From Octopus vulgaris (taxonomy: Eukaryota): a stretch of DNA of 64,000 nucleotides. Where the stretch lies: contig OX597826.1 in assembly GCA_951406725.2 (NCBI GenBank), forward strand, positions 13,330,001 through 13,394,000. Direction: 5' to 3'. The translations under genes were made by a program, and so were the position numbers. The number at the start of each line of letters is the position of its first letter. Within the stretch, counting starts at the first letter, position 1. The notes under the pieces are model-generated. The model made no database searches. It was not told where the DNA came from and was given only the letters and a program-made list of their open reading frames with translations. Below are positions 1 through 12,868 of the stretch, piece by piece.

Positions 1-585
1 CGTCACAACCATATGTGCGCAACATGGTGATCTCATATCCAGATAAATAGCGCATGGCCCATCAAGGTGACACTGGGGTAAAATATACGAATCCCAGTAT
101 ACCCATCATGACTACTCATCTGATAAAGGTACTCCAGGAACATGCATCACAACCTTATGTGCGCAACATAGTGATCTCATATCAAGATAAACAGCGAATG
201 ACCTTGCAGGTGGGTTCCAGTTAGAATTTTCTTTAGGTCAAGTAGCCCATCCCGCTCAAAAGGTCCCCGAATAAGGGTTGTTTAAAGATAATGAGCGAAA
301 CACCCATATTTCCAGGGGTGAATTATTCAAATCCCAAATAATTTCTCTCAACACATGACTATGATGCTCCACCACTACTCCTGATCAGAGTTGCACATAT
401 CGTCAACCACTTAGAGACATGCTCAACTGGTTAAGGTCAAGCAACTGACAAGCAAATCTGTGATACTGAGCAGAATATTTGTTGTAGCCCATCTTTTATA
501 CGAAGACAAATCAATGTACATGATAACACCTCCACTGAGGTCAGAAGCCACGAGAGCCACTGCCTGGTACTGCATCAGGGCATTT
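1..585. repeat. Interspersed repeat fragment of unknown class with an internal about 145-bp duplication, ending at a TTA-rich tract
   Basis: CACAACC(A/T)TATGTGCGCAACAT(G/A)GTGATCTCATATC occurs at about 4 and again at about 148. The complex sequence ends abruptly into TTA/TAG microsatellites. Confidence 0.35.
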
Positions 586-628
586 ATTGTTATTATGCTT
601 ATGATTATTATAAAGTTGTAGTACTATA

Positions 629-631
<3 letters not shown>

Positions 632-684
<53 letters not shown>

Positions 685-691
685 CAGTAGC

Positions 692-726
<35 letters not shown>

Positions 727-835
727 CAGCAGCAGCAGTAGCAGCTGCAGTATAGAAGTGGATAGTCATATGCTACCTTATTTTTGTTGCTGTTGTGCTG
801 ATGTTGTTGTTGCTGTTGTTGTTGTTGTTGTTGTT
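632..835. repeat. Compound (TAG)n/(CAG)n/(TTG)n microsatellite
   Basis: Direct inspection. It explains the poly-Ser ORF 629-853. Confidence 0.9.
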
Positions 836-1529
836 AAGCAACAAGACGAGTAATGGTGATTAGGTGATGGTCTAGGGCTTAGGGGCGGGAGACCCCAGAC
901 CTTGATGGGGTGGGAATAAAAAACTTTGGTCGTCTTGTTCGAACTTTGGTCGAGGGCTCTTCGTTGACGCCCGACACCACTGGGAGGTGGTCCTCGAAGT
1001 CGCTGGAAATGGAGATCTCCAGGTCCAAATTCGTGAACGACTGCTGCTGCCGCTGCTTCTGATGATGATGATGATGTGGAGGAGGAGGAGGAAGGAGAGG
1101 AGGAGGTCCGAATCTATGCCTTTTCTGACCTAGTAGATCATATGGTCAAAAGCGTGGCAGCCATGATCACCTTATCTTTTGTCAAATACAGAATATATCG
1201 TGGAGCGATTCCTCCAAGATCGCTCGACAATGTTTAGTTAAAATAAAAATATGTAACTGAATAAATAAACTTGTTGTTTGAGACGATCGAGGAAATCTGA
1301 GAAGTAAAACTGGTGGTCAGTTAAATTCCGTGACGTTGTTATCTGTTCTTTGTTAAATCCACTTAACATCATCTACATTCGTTATTAAAGTAGAAAGAGC
1401 ACTTATGTGACCACACGACTTACTAGAAATACCAGCTCAATTTCTCTGAAAATGCTCAAAATACTTCCAAAGACACATCGGATAACATAATTCTAGATTA
1501 TGTTATGTAAACAAAAAATACTGCTTTCA

Positions 1530-2130
1530 AATTTTTCACACAAAGCCAGCAATTTCAGGGAGGGGATAAGTCGATTACATCGACCCAGGAACTCAACTGG
1601 TACTTATTCTTATTTCTTTATTACCCACAAGGGGCTAAGCATAGTGGGGACAAACAAGGACAGACAAAGGGATTAAGTCGATTACATCGACCCCAGTGCG
1701 TGACTGGTACTTAATTTATCGACCCCGAAAGGATGAAAGGCAATGTCGACCTCGGCGGAATTTGAACTCAGAACATAACGGCAGACGAAATGCCTATTTC
1801 TTTACTACCCACAAGGGGCTAAACACAGAGAGGACAAACAAGGACAGACATAGGGATTAAGTCGATTATATCGACCCCAGTGCGTAACTGGTACTTATTT
1901 AATCGACCCCGAAAGGATGAAAGACAAAGTTGGCCTCGGCGGGATTTGAACTCAGAACGTAGCGGCAGACGAAATACGGCTACGCATTTCGCCCGGCGTG
2001 CTAACGTTTCTGCCAGCTCGCCGCCTTATTCTATCGGTCTCGGTGGAGTTTGAACTGCGCACGTGAAGACGGATGAAAAACCTCTAAGCATTTCGCCCGA
2101 CGTGTTAACGATTCTGCCAGCTCGCTGCCC
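1530..2130 (-). mobile_element. SINE group B cluster (multimeric), minus strand
   Basis: Reverse complement of the AAGGCGGCGAGCTGGCAGAAACGTTAGCACGCCGGGCGAAATG head plus repeated GACTTTGCCTTTCATCCTTTCGGGGTCGAT...AAGTACCAG body units. Confidence 0.85.
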
Positions 2131-2474
2131 AATATGAAAAAAAAAAAAATATTAAGAAGAAGACCAAATAAATGGTAAAGAAAAGAAAAACGCCAGTTGG
2201 TACGATTCGACTAAGGTTTGTGCCGGCCGCGACTACTAATGATGGCTAACTTTGGCCCTGTACTTTAATTTATCGATTAGTCAAGAGGGAAAAGCAACGC
2301 CCACAACCTTACTACTGCCTCCGGATCTGATTAAAAAGAAGAAAGGTTCCTTGAAGAGGGAGATCTGACCTGAATGCATGCAGCAAAGCGGATCCCGTGA
2401 CGAACATCCAAGAACATTTGGTGGTGCTGTACTAGGCAACAGATTAACTCTACTCCTCAGATAGTGTATATCTA

Positions 2475-3065
2475 AAGGCGGCGAGCTGGCAGAAACGTTA
2501 GCACGCCGGGCGAAATGCTTAGCGGTATTTCGTCTGCGTTACGTTGTGAGTTCAAATTCCGCCGAGGTCGACTTTGCCTTTCACCCTTTCGGGGTCGATA
2601 AATTAAGTACCAGTTACACACTGGGGTCGATATAATCGACTTAATTCCTATGTATGTCCTTGTTTATCCCCTCTGTGTTTAGCCCCTTGTTGGTAATAAA
2701 GAAATAGGTATTTCGTCTGCCGTTACGTTCTGAGTCCAGATTCCGCCGAGGTCAACATTGCCTTTCATCCTCTCGGGGTCGATAAATTAAGTACCAGTTA
2801 CGCACTGGGGTGATGTAATCGACTTAATCCCTATGTCTGTCCTCTCTGTGTTTAGCCCCTTGTGGGTAGTAAAGAAATAGGTATTTCGTCTGTCGTTACG
2901 TTCTGAGTTCAGATTCCGCCGAGGTCAACTTTACCTTTCATACTCTCGAAGTTGATTAAATAAGTACCAGTTGCACACTGTGGTCGATATAATCGACTTA
3001 ATCCGTTTGTCTGTCCTTGTTTGTCCCCTCTGTGTTTAGCCCCTTGTGGGTAGTAAAGAAATAAG
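2475..3065 (+). mobile_element. SINE group B: one head followed by three tandem body/tail units
   Basis: Head at 2475, then three units of about 170-180 bp running GTATTTCGTCTG...GTTC(A)AATTCC (B-box-like)...TAGCCCCTTGTGGGTAGTAAAGAAATA. The central motif resembles Sauria/Meta-type SINE cores. Other copies: about 24735-24890, 29583-29820, 30404-30825, 49425-49870, 50980-51450, 54380-54955, 58285-58509, 59845-60215. Confidence 0.85.
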
Positions 3066-3169
3066 ATACTTTATATCGAAAGAGCAAAAACCCATGCGTT
3101 CCCGTCACGACACTGATTCTGCAGAACTGGATTGGGTGTGAAAACCAACTTTAATGTATAAATATAGAT

Positions 3170-3651
3170 TTTTTGAATCAGCAATGTTGTGTTTGGTTAA
3201 GTCCCATATGGAGGGAAAAATCAATAAACTTATTCCTTATGGGGTTGTCCATTCTATCAGGATGAAACATCGATAAACCGATTCCTTATAAGATTTCCTA
3301 CAATTGGCTACAACCCATTTTCAACCGTAACTTTTACCAATTTTGAAGTATTTTATTCAAACTTGATGCCCGCATTACTTAGGACTCATAGGATCTTTGA
3401 ATGCTTTAAGTTCTCAAAAAAAAAAAAAAGAGAAAATAAATCAATCAATGAGTGGAAAAATCTATAAACCGATTCTTTATGGGATTTCCCTATCAAATTG
3501 TCTGCAACCCATTTTCAGCCAAACGTTTACCAATTTCAACGGATTTCGCTCAAATTTGATGTCAGTGTTACTTAGTTTCGTTTGAAACAAAGCGCTTGAT
3601 TAGCTTAATAATCCTAACATTATTCCGGGTAACGCCGGGTTATACGGCTAG
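3170..3651 (+). mobile_element. Non-autonomous Helitron-like element (3' end)
   Basis: It ends in a GC-rich hairpin CCGGGTAACGCCGGG followed by CTAG|T (3648-3652) and has internal repeats AAACCGATTC(C/T)TTAT. The 5' end is not defined. Confidence 0.55.
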
Positions 3652-3726
3652 TCAACACTATAGTTGAGCAAAAAAATACACAGGCGAATGGGTCCCAACC
3701 GCATTGCCTACATTTTCCAAAGACTT

Positions 3727-4158
3727 GGATCATTTCGGTTTGAACGGCAGTTTTTTCTTGCGGTGTCATATGAAATTGTCACCCATAATTATGACCCTAG
3801 TATCAATCTATTGCATTTCAATCTGTTCTAGGGTTATGGTTAGGGTTAGGGGTGGGAGGAATAGTATCTTTTTTTCTTCACAAATGTAAATAAACCCAAT
3901 CTGTTTCTTAAACGAGGGACATATTCATACGGCACAGAATGTTTTTTTTTTTCACCTCAATAGACGTCATTGATTGGTTGAAATTGCAGAAATTGAAGAA
4001 AAAAAATCAACAAATATCTTACAAACTATAGAATTTTCTCAATAAAGCCAAGAAAAAAAGATGTTTTATAAACACATTCTACCAGTATACGAAGTTTAAA
4101 AGTGTTTAGTTAACTAGAAATTATTTTTTTAAAACTGCCGTTCAAACCGAAAAGATCC
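3727..4158. mobile_element. MITE with about 30-bp TIRs, 8-bp TSD and internal TTAGGG repeats (copy 1)
   Basis: TIRs GGATC(A/T)TTTCGGTTTGAACGGCAGTTTT and AAAACTGCCGTTCAAACCGAAAAGATCC. Flanking direct repeat AAAGACTT at 3719-3726 and 4159-4166. Confidence 0.85.
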
Positions 4159-4694
4159 AAAGACTTTAATTAGCTACTAATATTTGAGTTAACTCCCTTG
4201 TTTTTAGATTTTTAAACAAACCTAGTGGGAGTCCTTACCTTCTTGGATAACATCAGTTAATAGAAGATTTTTTTTCAACCAATTATATTATTATTACATA
4301 TATCAGAGTCTACAGCATGTGTATAAAGCTTGCGGGCCACTCCCCGGAGGCAACTTCCCTCTGGCTTTGTTGCTAAATAGAAGCACTTTGTTTAGCTGTT
4401 ACGCAATGGATGTCGGGGTTACGTTTGCCGTCACTTGGTTCATTGTTCATCGTTTAGTTCAAACTCAATTTGTTGATAAAATCTTAGCTATCGCCTTTAT
4501 AACGAACATATATTATGTGTCAGCACACGCTTGCGTACGTACATGCATTCATGCATGCATGCGTACATACATACATACATACATACATACATACATACAT
4601 ACATACATACATACATACATACATACATACATACACACATATGCATACATACATAGATACATAGATAGATACATACATACACATATGTGTATGC

Positions 4695-4807
<113 letters not shown>

Positions 4808-4945
4808 TATATATATATTTGTGTGACCACAGTCGCATGGCTGAAACGAATAAAAGAGTAAAAGATTATATATATATGTTTGTGTGTGTGTGTGCATATG
4901 TATATATATATATACATATATATATGTATGTGTATATACATACAT

Positions 4946-4996
<51 letters not shown>

Positions 4997-5925
4997 CAAA
5001 AGAATGTAATTATGTATATACATACATATACATATGCACATACACACATACATGTATGTATACGAATATGTTGGGTGTGCGTATGTCAGTACACACATAC
5101 ACACACACACTTACACACATACACACATACACACACACACTTACACACATACACACACGCACTAACACCAACACAGATATGCACCTGCTCGTGTGAGAGC
5201 GTGTAATTTTATGATCACGCGAGAGCAGGTGTTTATGTTTTGTGTGTGTGTGTGTGTAAGTGTGTATAAGTGTGTGTGTGTGTGTGTGTGCATGTGTGTG
5301 TGAATTCAAACAAAGAAAGCAGGAAAGCCACAAGTCAGACAACAAAGTATTCTCCAGCTCTCGCCCTCAATGGAGGAACGGAGAAAATAAACAGCCACAA
5401 CCGCTTAATCACTGTCTCCTTCGCTCCCCCTTCCTCTCTCTCTCACTCAACCTCTTTCTTACTCTCCTTTCCCCCGCTCTTTTCTTCCATTCTTCCTTTC
5501 TTCTTCTTCTCTCACTTTTTCCTTCTTTGACATACTTATTAAAGCATATATTATTACACATACCTACAAACGTATGTGTCTGTGTGCCTCTGAGTACACA
5601 CACACACACACACACGCACACACACACACACATACACACACATACACACACATATATATATATGCATGTTTATATACGTATATATACATATATTTACAAA
5701 CAATAGTATGAATGAACACGTACACATATACACACACAGATATGTGGGTGAGTGTCTTTGTGTGTGTGTGTCTTTGTGTGTGTGTGTCTTTGTGTGTGTT
5801 TGTGTCTGTGTGTGTGTCTTTGTGTGTGTCTGTGTGTGTGTCTTTGTGTGTGTGTCTATGTATGCATGTATACATTTATGTGTATATACACGCATACGTG
5901 TTTGTGTGTGTAAGTGTGAATGTTC

Positions 5926-5956
<31 letters not shown>

Positions 5957-6103
5957 GTGTGAGTAAAGAAAGAAGGGTAAAACACGACGTATAAAAAAAA
6001 TCAGTTGTATATAGAACTCAATAATAGGTTATAGAAAATAGACTATATATATATATTTTATTTCATGGTGAAATTAAGTCGAATGCGGGAAATAGCTAAA
6101 AGC

Positions 6104-6537
6104 GGATCTTTTCGGTTTGAACGGCAGTTTTTTCTAGCGGTGTCATATGAAATTGTCACCCATAATTATGACCCTAGTATCGATCTATTGCATTTCAATT
6201 TGTTTTAGGTTTAGGGTTAGTGTTAGGGGTGGGGTGAACGGTATATTTTTTTCTTCACAAATGTAAATAAACCTAATCTGTTTCTTAAACGAGGGACATA
6301 TTCATACGGCACAGAATGTTTTTTTACCTCAATAGACGTCATTGATTGGTTGAAATTGCAGAAATTGAAGAAAAAAAAACAACAAATATCTTACAAACTA
6401 TAGAATTTTTTCAATAAAGCCAAGAGAAAAAGATGTTTTATAAACACATTCTACGGATCTACCAGTATACGAAGTTAAAATTTTTTTGGTTAGCTAGAAA
6501 TTATGTTAAAAACTGCCGTTCAAACCGAAAAGATTCC
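6104..6537. mobile_element. Same TTAGGG-containing MITE (copy 2)
   Basis: Near-identical to 3727-4158 including the TIRs. No TSD recognised. Confidence 0.85.
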
Positions 6538-6977
6538 CAGTCAGATGAAGAAATGAAACAATTTTATTTTCCTGTACAGCATAAACTACAAAATTCGTTG
6601 ACTAAGCATTTTAAACAATAGAAATCTCGTTGACGTTACCGGAACGCGACATTATGTAATATCGTCTGCCAGTCGTCGTTCGCTCTCATGTCTTTTTGAT
6701 GTGTGACGAGTAAAAAGAGAATATTTGCTTTATTGCGGATCAATGATGAGTTTTTTTTTTTCCATTAAGAAAGAGATGTTTGTGTTACGTGCATTTCTGT
6801 TTGGATTTTAGCCTTTCAGCAATAAAAATATTTTGATTTGCGACGACAAAAACAGATATCAGTTCTAAATATTTAGGAAAAAAAGAAGGTATATTCATTT
6901 ACTCTCGTTTACACTCCCAAACTCCCAAACGCTCGTAGTCACCCAGACACACACACACACACACACACACACACGTA

Positions 6978-7160
6978 TTGGGTTGGCAAGAATGTAATTT
7001 CAGTTTTTTAGTGTAAAATAAAAGTTTTTTTTTTCATACGTAGGAGTGGCTGTGTGGTAAGTAGCTTGCTTACCAACCACATGGTTCCGGGTTCAGTCCC
7101 ACTGCGTGGCACCTTGCGCAAGTGTTTTCAACTAGAGCCTCGGTCCGACCAAAGCCCGTC

Positions 7161-7236
<76 letters not shown>

Positions 7237-8245
7237 TTGTGTGTCTGTGTTTGTCCCCCCAACATCACTTGACAACCGATGCTGGTGTGTTTACATCCCC
7301 GTAACTTAGCGGTTCGGCAAAAGAGACCGATAGAATAAGTACTAGGCTTACAAAGAATAAGTCCTGGGGTCGATTTGCTCGACTAAAGGCGGTGCTCCAG
7401 CATGGCCCCAGTCAAATGACTGAAACAAGTAAAGAGTATACAAAGAATGAACTTTAATCAATTCCATATTTTCCAGTTTGCTCGATGATTTTTTGCCATC
7501 TTTCTGGCAACTTCATGATTCTGCGCACATCGAACGTCTGGTCCTTACCAGCCCAAAACTGAAGCAAGTGCGAATTCAGGTCATCATCATTATGGAAAGC
7601 TTTACCATTCAAAGAATTTTGAAAACTTCGAAATAAATCGTAATCTGATGGTGCAAGGTCAGGGCTACATGGTGGATGTAACATCACTTCCCAACCAAGG
7701 TCCAATAATTTTTCACGAGCTAGACGTGTGTGGTCTAGCGTTGTCATGGTGGAACATGATTCCTTTACGATTTGCCAGTTCTGACCATTTTTCTTTGATT
7801 GCTTCCTCCACTTTCATTAGTTGTTGACAGTAAACATCTGAATCGATCGTTTGGTTCCTTGGAAGCAGCTCAAAATACACACCAAGTTAACAGCATGTCC
7901 TTTTTTTGATGCAATTCAGCTTTCGATGTCATTTGTGCTGGTTCATTACGCTTGGGCCATGATCGTTTTCGATTAATGCTATTGCAGACAATCCATTTTT
8001 CATCACAATTGATGATTCGTTTCAAGAAAGGTTGATTTCATTGCGCTTGAGATGCATATCGCAAACCTTAATTCGTTGTGTTAAGTGAATCTCTTTCAGT
8101 TTATATAGAACCCAAATATCGAGCTTCTTAACGAGTCCAAGACATTTTAAGTGATTTTCAATTGTTGTGTGTGATACATTTAACCTCTCTACAATCGCTT
8201 GCACAGTCATATGACAATCAGATTCAATTATGGCTTTGATTATTG
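6978..8245 (-). mobile_element. Mariner transposon relic (transposase pseudogene), interrupted by a SINE
   Basis: ORF 7454-7747 contains HPPCSPDLAPSDYDLFRS...LPERWQK (mariner YSPDLAP-D motif). ORF 8022-8210 contains an HTH and KKLDIWV. TIR-like TTGGGTTGGCAAGAATGTAATTTCAG follows TA at 6976-6977. Frameshifted and 5'-truncated at a (TAA)n tract. Confidence 0.9.
7036..7440 (+). mobile_element. SINE group A (tRNA-derived head, internal TA/TG microsatellite), nested in the mariner 3' end
   Basis: AGGAGTGGCTGTGTGGTAAG...GGTTCAGTCCC (A/B boxes)...GACTAAAGGCGGTGCTCCAGCATGG...GAAACAAGTAAAGAG. Other copies: about 9095-9340(-), 9402-9785(+), 19285-19630(+), 19715-20100(-), 22005-22345(+), 22926-23365(-), 27652-28005(-), 31640-31930(-), 61530-61905(-), 63365-63575(+). 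Confidence 0.85.
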
Positions 8246-8247
8246 AA

Positions 8248-8248
8248 C

Positions 8249-8304
<56 letters not shown>

Positions 8305-8625
8305 TAATAATAATAATAATAATAATAACAACAACAACAACAACAACAATCTCATGTTTTAAAACAAACAATTTTCGTATGGGTTTTTAGGCATTCACTA
8401 GTACAACACTAAGTACAAAACCAAATATATGGCACCCTAGGCATAACACCAGCATGAACTTCCAACTTGTTGTCTTTTGAGGTCTCTGGGTGATACTTGG
8501 AGCCAACTTGTGCAAATGTAAAGCAAAAGTCAAACATAGAATAATAATAATAATAATAATATTAATAATAATAATAATATTAATAATAATAATAATAATA
8601 ATAACATCGAAAAATACCTTCGGAA
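8248..8625 (+). mobile_element. Short insert flanked by (TAA)n tracts, probable 3' end of an R4/Dong-like LINE
   Basis: About 200 bp of unique sequence embedded between TAA arrays. TAA-repeat targeting is characteristic of Dong elements. No coding motif was recovered. Confidence 0.35.
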
Positions 8626-9336
8626 TGAGAACCCAGGTTCGAAATTTCCCCCCAAGACACTTGAAGAAGGCTGGAGGGTATATCAGACAAAACGTTGTGT
8701 TAACAAACAAGATGAAGACAAATATCCATCGAATGTAAATAATGTAAATAATGTATGACTGTATATCTCAGAACCAGGGGAAACGATATCCATAGTCGTT
8801 GTTCACTTACGTGGCGATTCATTTCCCCTTGGTTTGTGGGTATTCAGTGCTCCTTACACTCGACGTCATGAAGGGGTTTTCCCTGGATGAAATAATGCAG
8901 CCAAAAAGCTTTTAAACAAAACATACATCAAGTATGTGGCACGAAGAATGATTACATTATCAGAGCTGCTTCTAACTCAAAATTTAACACCCACACACAC
9001 ACACACCCACATGCACACACACACACACAGACAGACAGACACGCGCACACACACGCACACGCACACAGACACACACACACACACAACACACACATTTTTT
9101 TTATTCGTTTATTCTTTTATTTGTTTCAGCCATTTTACTGCGGCCATGTTGGAGTACAGCCTTGAAGGTTTTTAGTCAAACAAATCGACCCTAGGACTCT
9201 TTTTTTTTAAAGCCTAGTACGTATTCTATCGGTTGTTTTGCCGAGCCGCTATATTACGGGGATGTAAACCTACCAGCACCGGTTGTCAAGTGCTGATGGA
9301 GAACAAACACAGACACAAAGACACACACACACATCG

Positions 9337-9405
<69 letters not shown>

Positions 9406-9782
9406 GTGGCTGTGTGGTAATTAGCTTGCTTACCAACCACATGGTTCCGGGTGCGTGGCACCTTGGGCAAGTGTCTTCTGCTAAAGCCACGGGCCAATCA
9501 AAGACATGTGAGTGGATTTGGTAGACGGAAACTGAAAGAAGCCCGTAGTATATATGTATGGATATGTGTGTGTGTGTGTGTTTGTCCGCCCAATATTGCT
9601 TGACAACTGATGGTGGTGTGTTTGCGTCCCCCGTAACTTAGCGGTTCGGCAAAAGCAACCGATAGAATAAGTACTAGGCTTACAAAGAATAAGTCCTGGG
9701 GTCGATTTGCTCGACTAAAGGCGGTGCTCCAGCATGGCCGCAGTCAAATGACTGAAGCAAGTAAAAGAGTAAAGAGTAAAGA

Positions 9783-9833
<51 letters not shown>

Positions 9834-10616
9834 CATGTATATACGCCAGCTTCTTTCATTTTCCACTCACAAGGCTTTGGTCGGCCTGTGGCTATAGGAG
9901 AAGACACTTGCTCAAGGTGCCACGCAGCAGGACTCAATTCGGAACCATGTCGTTGCGCCAATTGTATTTATATACTATATATATCGTTTCACATCTTTGT
10001 TACATAGCCCTTTCTTCCACTCTGTGTCATAATTTTGTCAAGTTGATGTCACATCATTCTTGCTTTCCCTCTTTCTCTCCCTCTCTCTTAATCTCTATTT
10101 TGTGTTCATGCTTTAAAAACAAAGCAGCACTACTTATCCCAATTCTTTCTTCCCCGCCTCCACCACCCTCATTCATCTTCCGATGTTTGACCTCTCTCTC
10201 ATTACACACAGACACATACACACCACAGACAGGTGGATCACTTTCACACCGGTTCATGTGAACTGTTTGTTGATCTTTCGCTGAACGATGACAAGAAAAA
10301 CGACTGGGAACATTCATGGTCTCACTCAAGCTGCTTCGTGAAATGGCTTCGTCCATTTGCAATTCAGTTGCCTCTTAATTGCTTGAAGTACAAATTAATC
10401 GCTTGTTTACTAATCACTGCTCTAATACAGGAATCCCTTGCATTACAGAAGCAATGCAAAAATGTGAAAGATGCCGTCGTAACGCGAAATTCAGTAATGT
10501 GAAATTGCCTTTCTTATTGATTTTAATATAATAAGATCATAATGCATTTCGATGGAATTTTTCATAAGGCAACAAAAGACAAGTAATAATAATAATTTGT
10601 AAAAATATTCATTACA

Positions 10617-10945
10617 ACTAGCACTATGACCCGGCAACGCCGGGTCATAGTGCTAGTTCATGCATATACAGCTGCGTGCGTGCGTGCGCACATACACGCG
10701 AGTACTGTCCAAATCTCCAACCAATCACATACAGCTAGCTGGCATTCAATTGGCATATCAAGTTTCGGGCATTTTGATTTGGTTTTGGATAGAAAATTCA
10801 CAAAAAGTCACTTCTATTGATTTTTTAATGGCTTTGTGAGGTGACTGGGGAAATGTAAAGATGAGCATGACCACCCTTGGACAGTTTTGAATGACCATAG
10901 AAAGTGCGAGCCCTCTAACTGAAAAAATGTGGATTTGTATAAAGG

Positions 10946-10993
<48 letters not shown>

Positions 10994-11016
10994 TTTGCCG
11001 TTTATATATAGAGAGA
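10617..11016 (-). mobile_element. Non-autonomous Helitron-like element with a perfect 20-bp-arm terminal hairpin (copy 1)
   Basis: The minus strand starts A|TCTCTCTATATATAAACGG and ends hairpin-CTAG|T. Palindrome AACTAGCACTATGACCCGGC-AAC-GCCGGGTCATAGTGCTAGTT at 10616-10658. Confidence 0.75.
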
Positions 11017-11059
11017 TATGTATACATGAAAATATATAAAATCTACACTTTGGAGAAAT

Positions 11060-11935
11060 GGTGGAATGAGAGTTCCTGGAGTGAGATGAGGGACATTATC
11101 TTCCAATTCATAGTTCATCAACGTAAATATCTGTTTGAGGTGTGAGGAGGCATCTATTTCATTGTATAGCTCAATGTAGGAACTGAGATCATCCTAAACT
11201 CCTTTGGTAATTTTTATGGTTTTGTAGCCATTATCAAGAAAAAGATTCAGATCTCCCTCTATAAGTGTCAGCCAGTGAGCAATATTCTTTGCTGTCAATT
11301 TAAGAGACGTTTGTAGAATTTCCGTATTCTTATCTGTTTTCTCAGTTTTGCTCTTATTCTAACAGCATCAGCTTCTCTATGGAAATTTTGCGACTCCATT
11401 GCATCACCCGCTTTGATTTACTCAGACTTCATATCATTTTCAAGAATTCTATCTTCCTCGAATTGAAGGCTTTCTGCTTTTGGAACACTTGTAAAGTCAC
11501 GGATAAGGCTCTTCCTCATCCATACTTTCTTATTTGAGTTACAAATAAGAGAATTTTTGGAGTAATACGTGAGTAGGGACTTTAGTTTCATAAGACCAGT
11601 GGCGTTTTCTCACAAGAGTACTGTCAGATAATTTTGGGAAGCTTTGATTTTTCGTTTCGAGAAATAAGTGTTCCAGTCGTTAGGCGTTTCCAGAAAATGC
11701 CTTACGGTTCCATTGACATTCTTTATATATGCTCTGCTGTGTAGCCTTCTCCAGCCATCGTTTTCTTCAGCTACTCAGAATAATATGTTGCTGTCTTTCA
11801 TGCTTTGGTAATTTAGGTGTTATTTTTTTCTTCCACAGAAGAATCTATTAAAACATCAAGTTCAATACTGAGTATAATCTCTTGACGGCTCCTTTTCGCA
11901 CTACTTTCAGTTCCACATGATGGTTTCTCTCCAGA
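11060..11935 (-). pseudogene. Highly decayed pogo/Tigger-like transposase remnant (tentative)
   Basis: Minus-strand fragments such as AKRSRQEIILSIELDVL resemble the basic N-terminal HTH of pogo/Tigger transposases. Many stops and frameshifts. Confidence 0.25.
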
Positions 11936-12528
11936 CATCTTGAACTGTGGGTGAATCCAGCAGCAGTGGCGATCAGCAGTTGTCAGCACCAAATATGTAA
12001 TAAAAATAACAGCACACGAAAAGACATAAACACTTCATACTCTAACCCCACATACACACACACAAAACACACGAACACTCAAAACACATACACATATGCT
12101 GTGTTGACATAAAATATATGTAGCTACAGGCACGGCTATCATGCCAGTTGGCTAAAATTTAGTGCGTTAGTAGTGGTGAGGATGTTACTCGTTTTAGTTT
12201 TAGCGTGGATGATTATAGTGATGATGTTAAGTATTGTCGGAGGTGAGATGTTGATCTTGTTCAATGTATTGCTGTTAGTGTTTAATCTCAACTCAATTCT
12301 TACAGACCCATTAAACACACTAAAATACACTAAATACACGAAAGCATAGCATTATCATACGTAAGTGTATTTATTTGAGACGTATCTGCTTATTTTGTGC
12401 CTATTGCTGTTGATGTTGTTGGTCATTAAGAAATTAAAGGGTTGATACTGGTGGTGGTTTTATTACTTTTATGGTTTAACTGTTGATGGTGGTTATGATA
12501 GTGCTGATGATAGAAAAATGGGAATACA

Positions 12529-12592
<64 letters not shown>

Positions 12593-12751
12593 TTGTGTAC
12601 ATAGATATACACACACACACAAGATAAACAAAACACATTCACACATATATGTACCTGTGTCAATTTGTGCTAGTGTATAAGCACATACGTATATGACTAT
12701 GCATCATATACATAACAAACACACACACGCGCATATATAACAAACACACAC

Positions 12752-12811
<60 letters not shown>

Positions 12812-12868
12812 AGCTAAAAGATGGAAGTGATAGTATTATATTTATTCCTTCATTACGAACATTTAAAT

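Noticed and set aside
2475-3065. CRISPR-like regularly spaced repeats
   Set aside because: Whole units are repeated with no unique spacers, the context is eukaryotic, and there are no cas genes.
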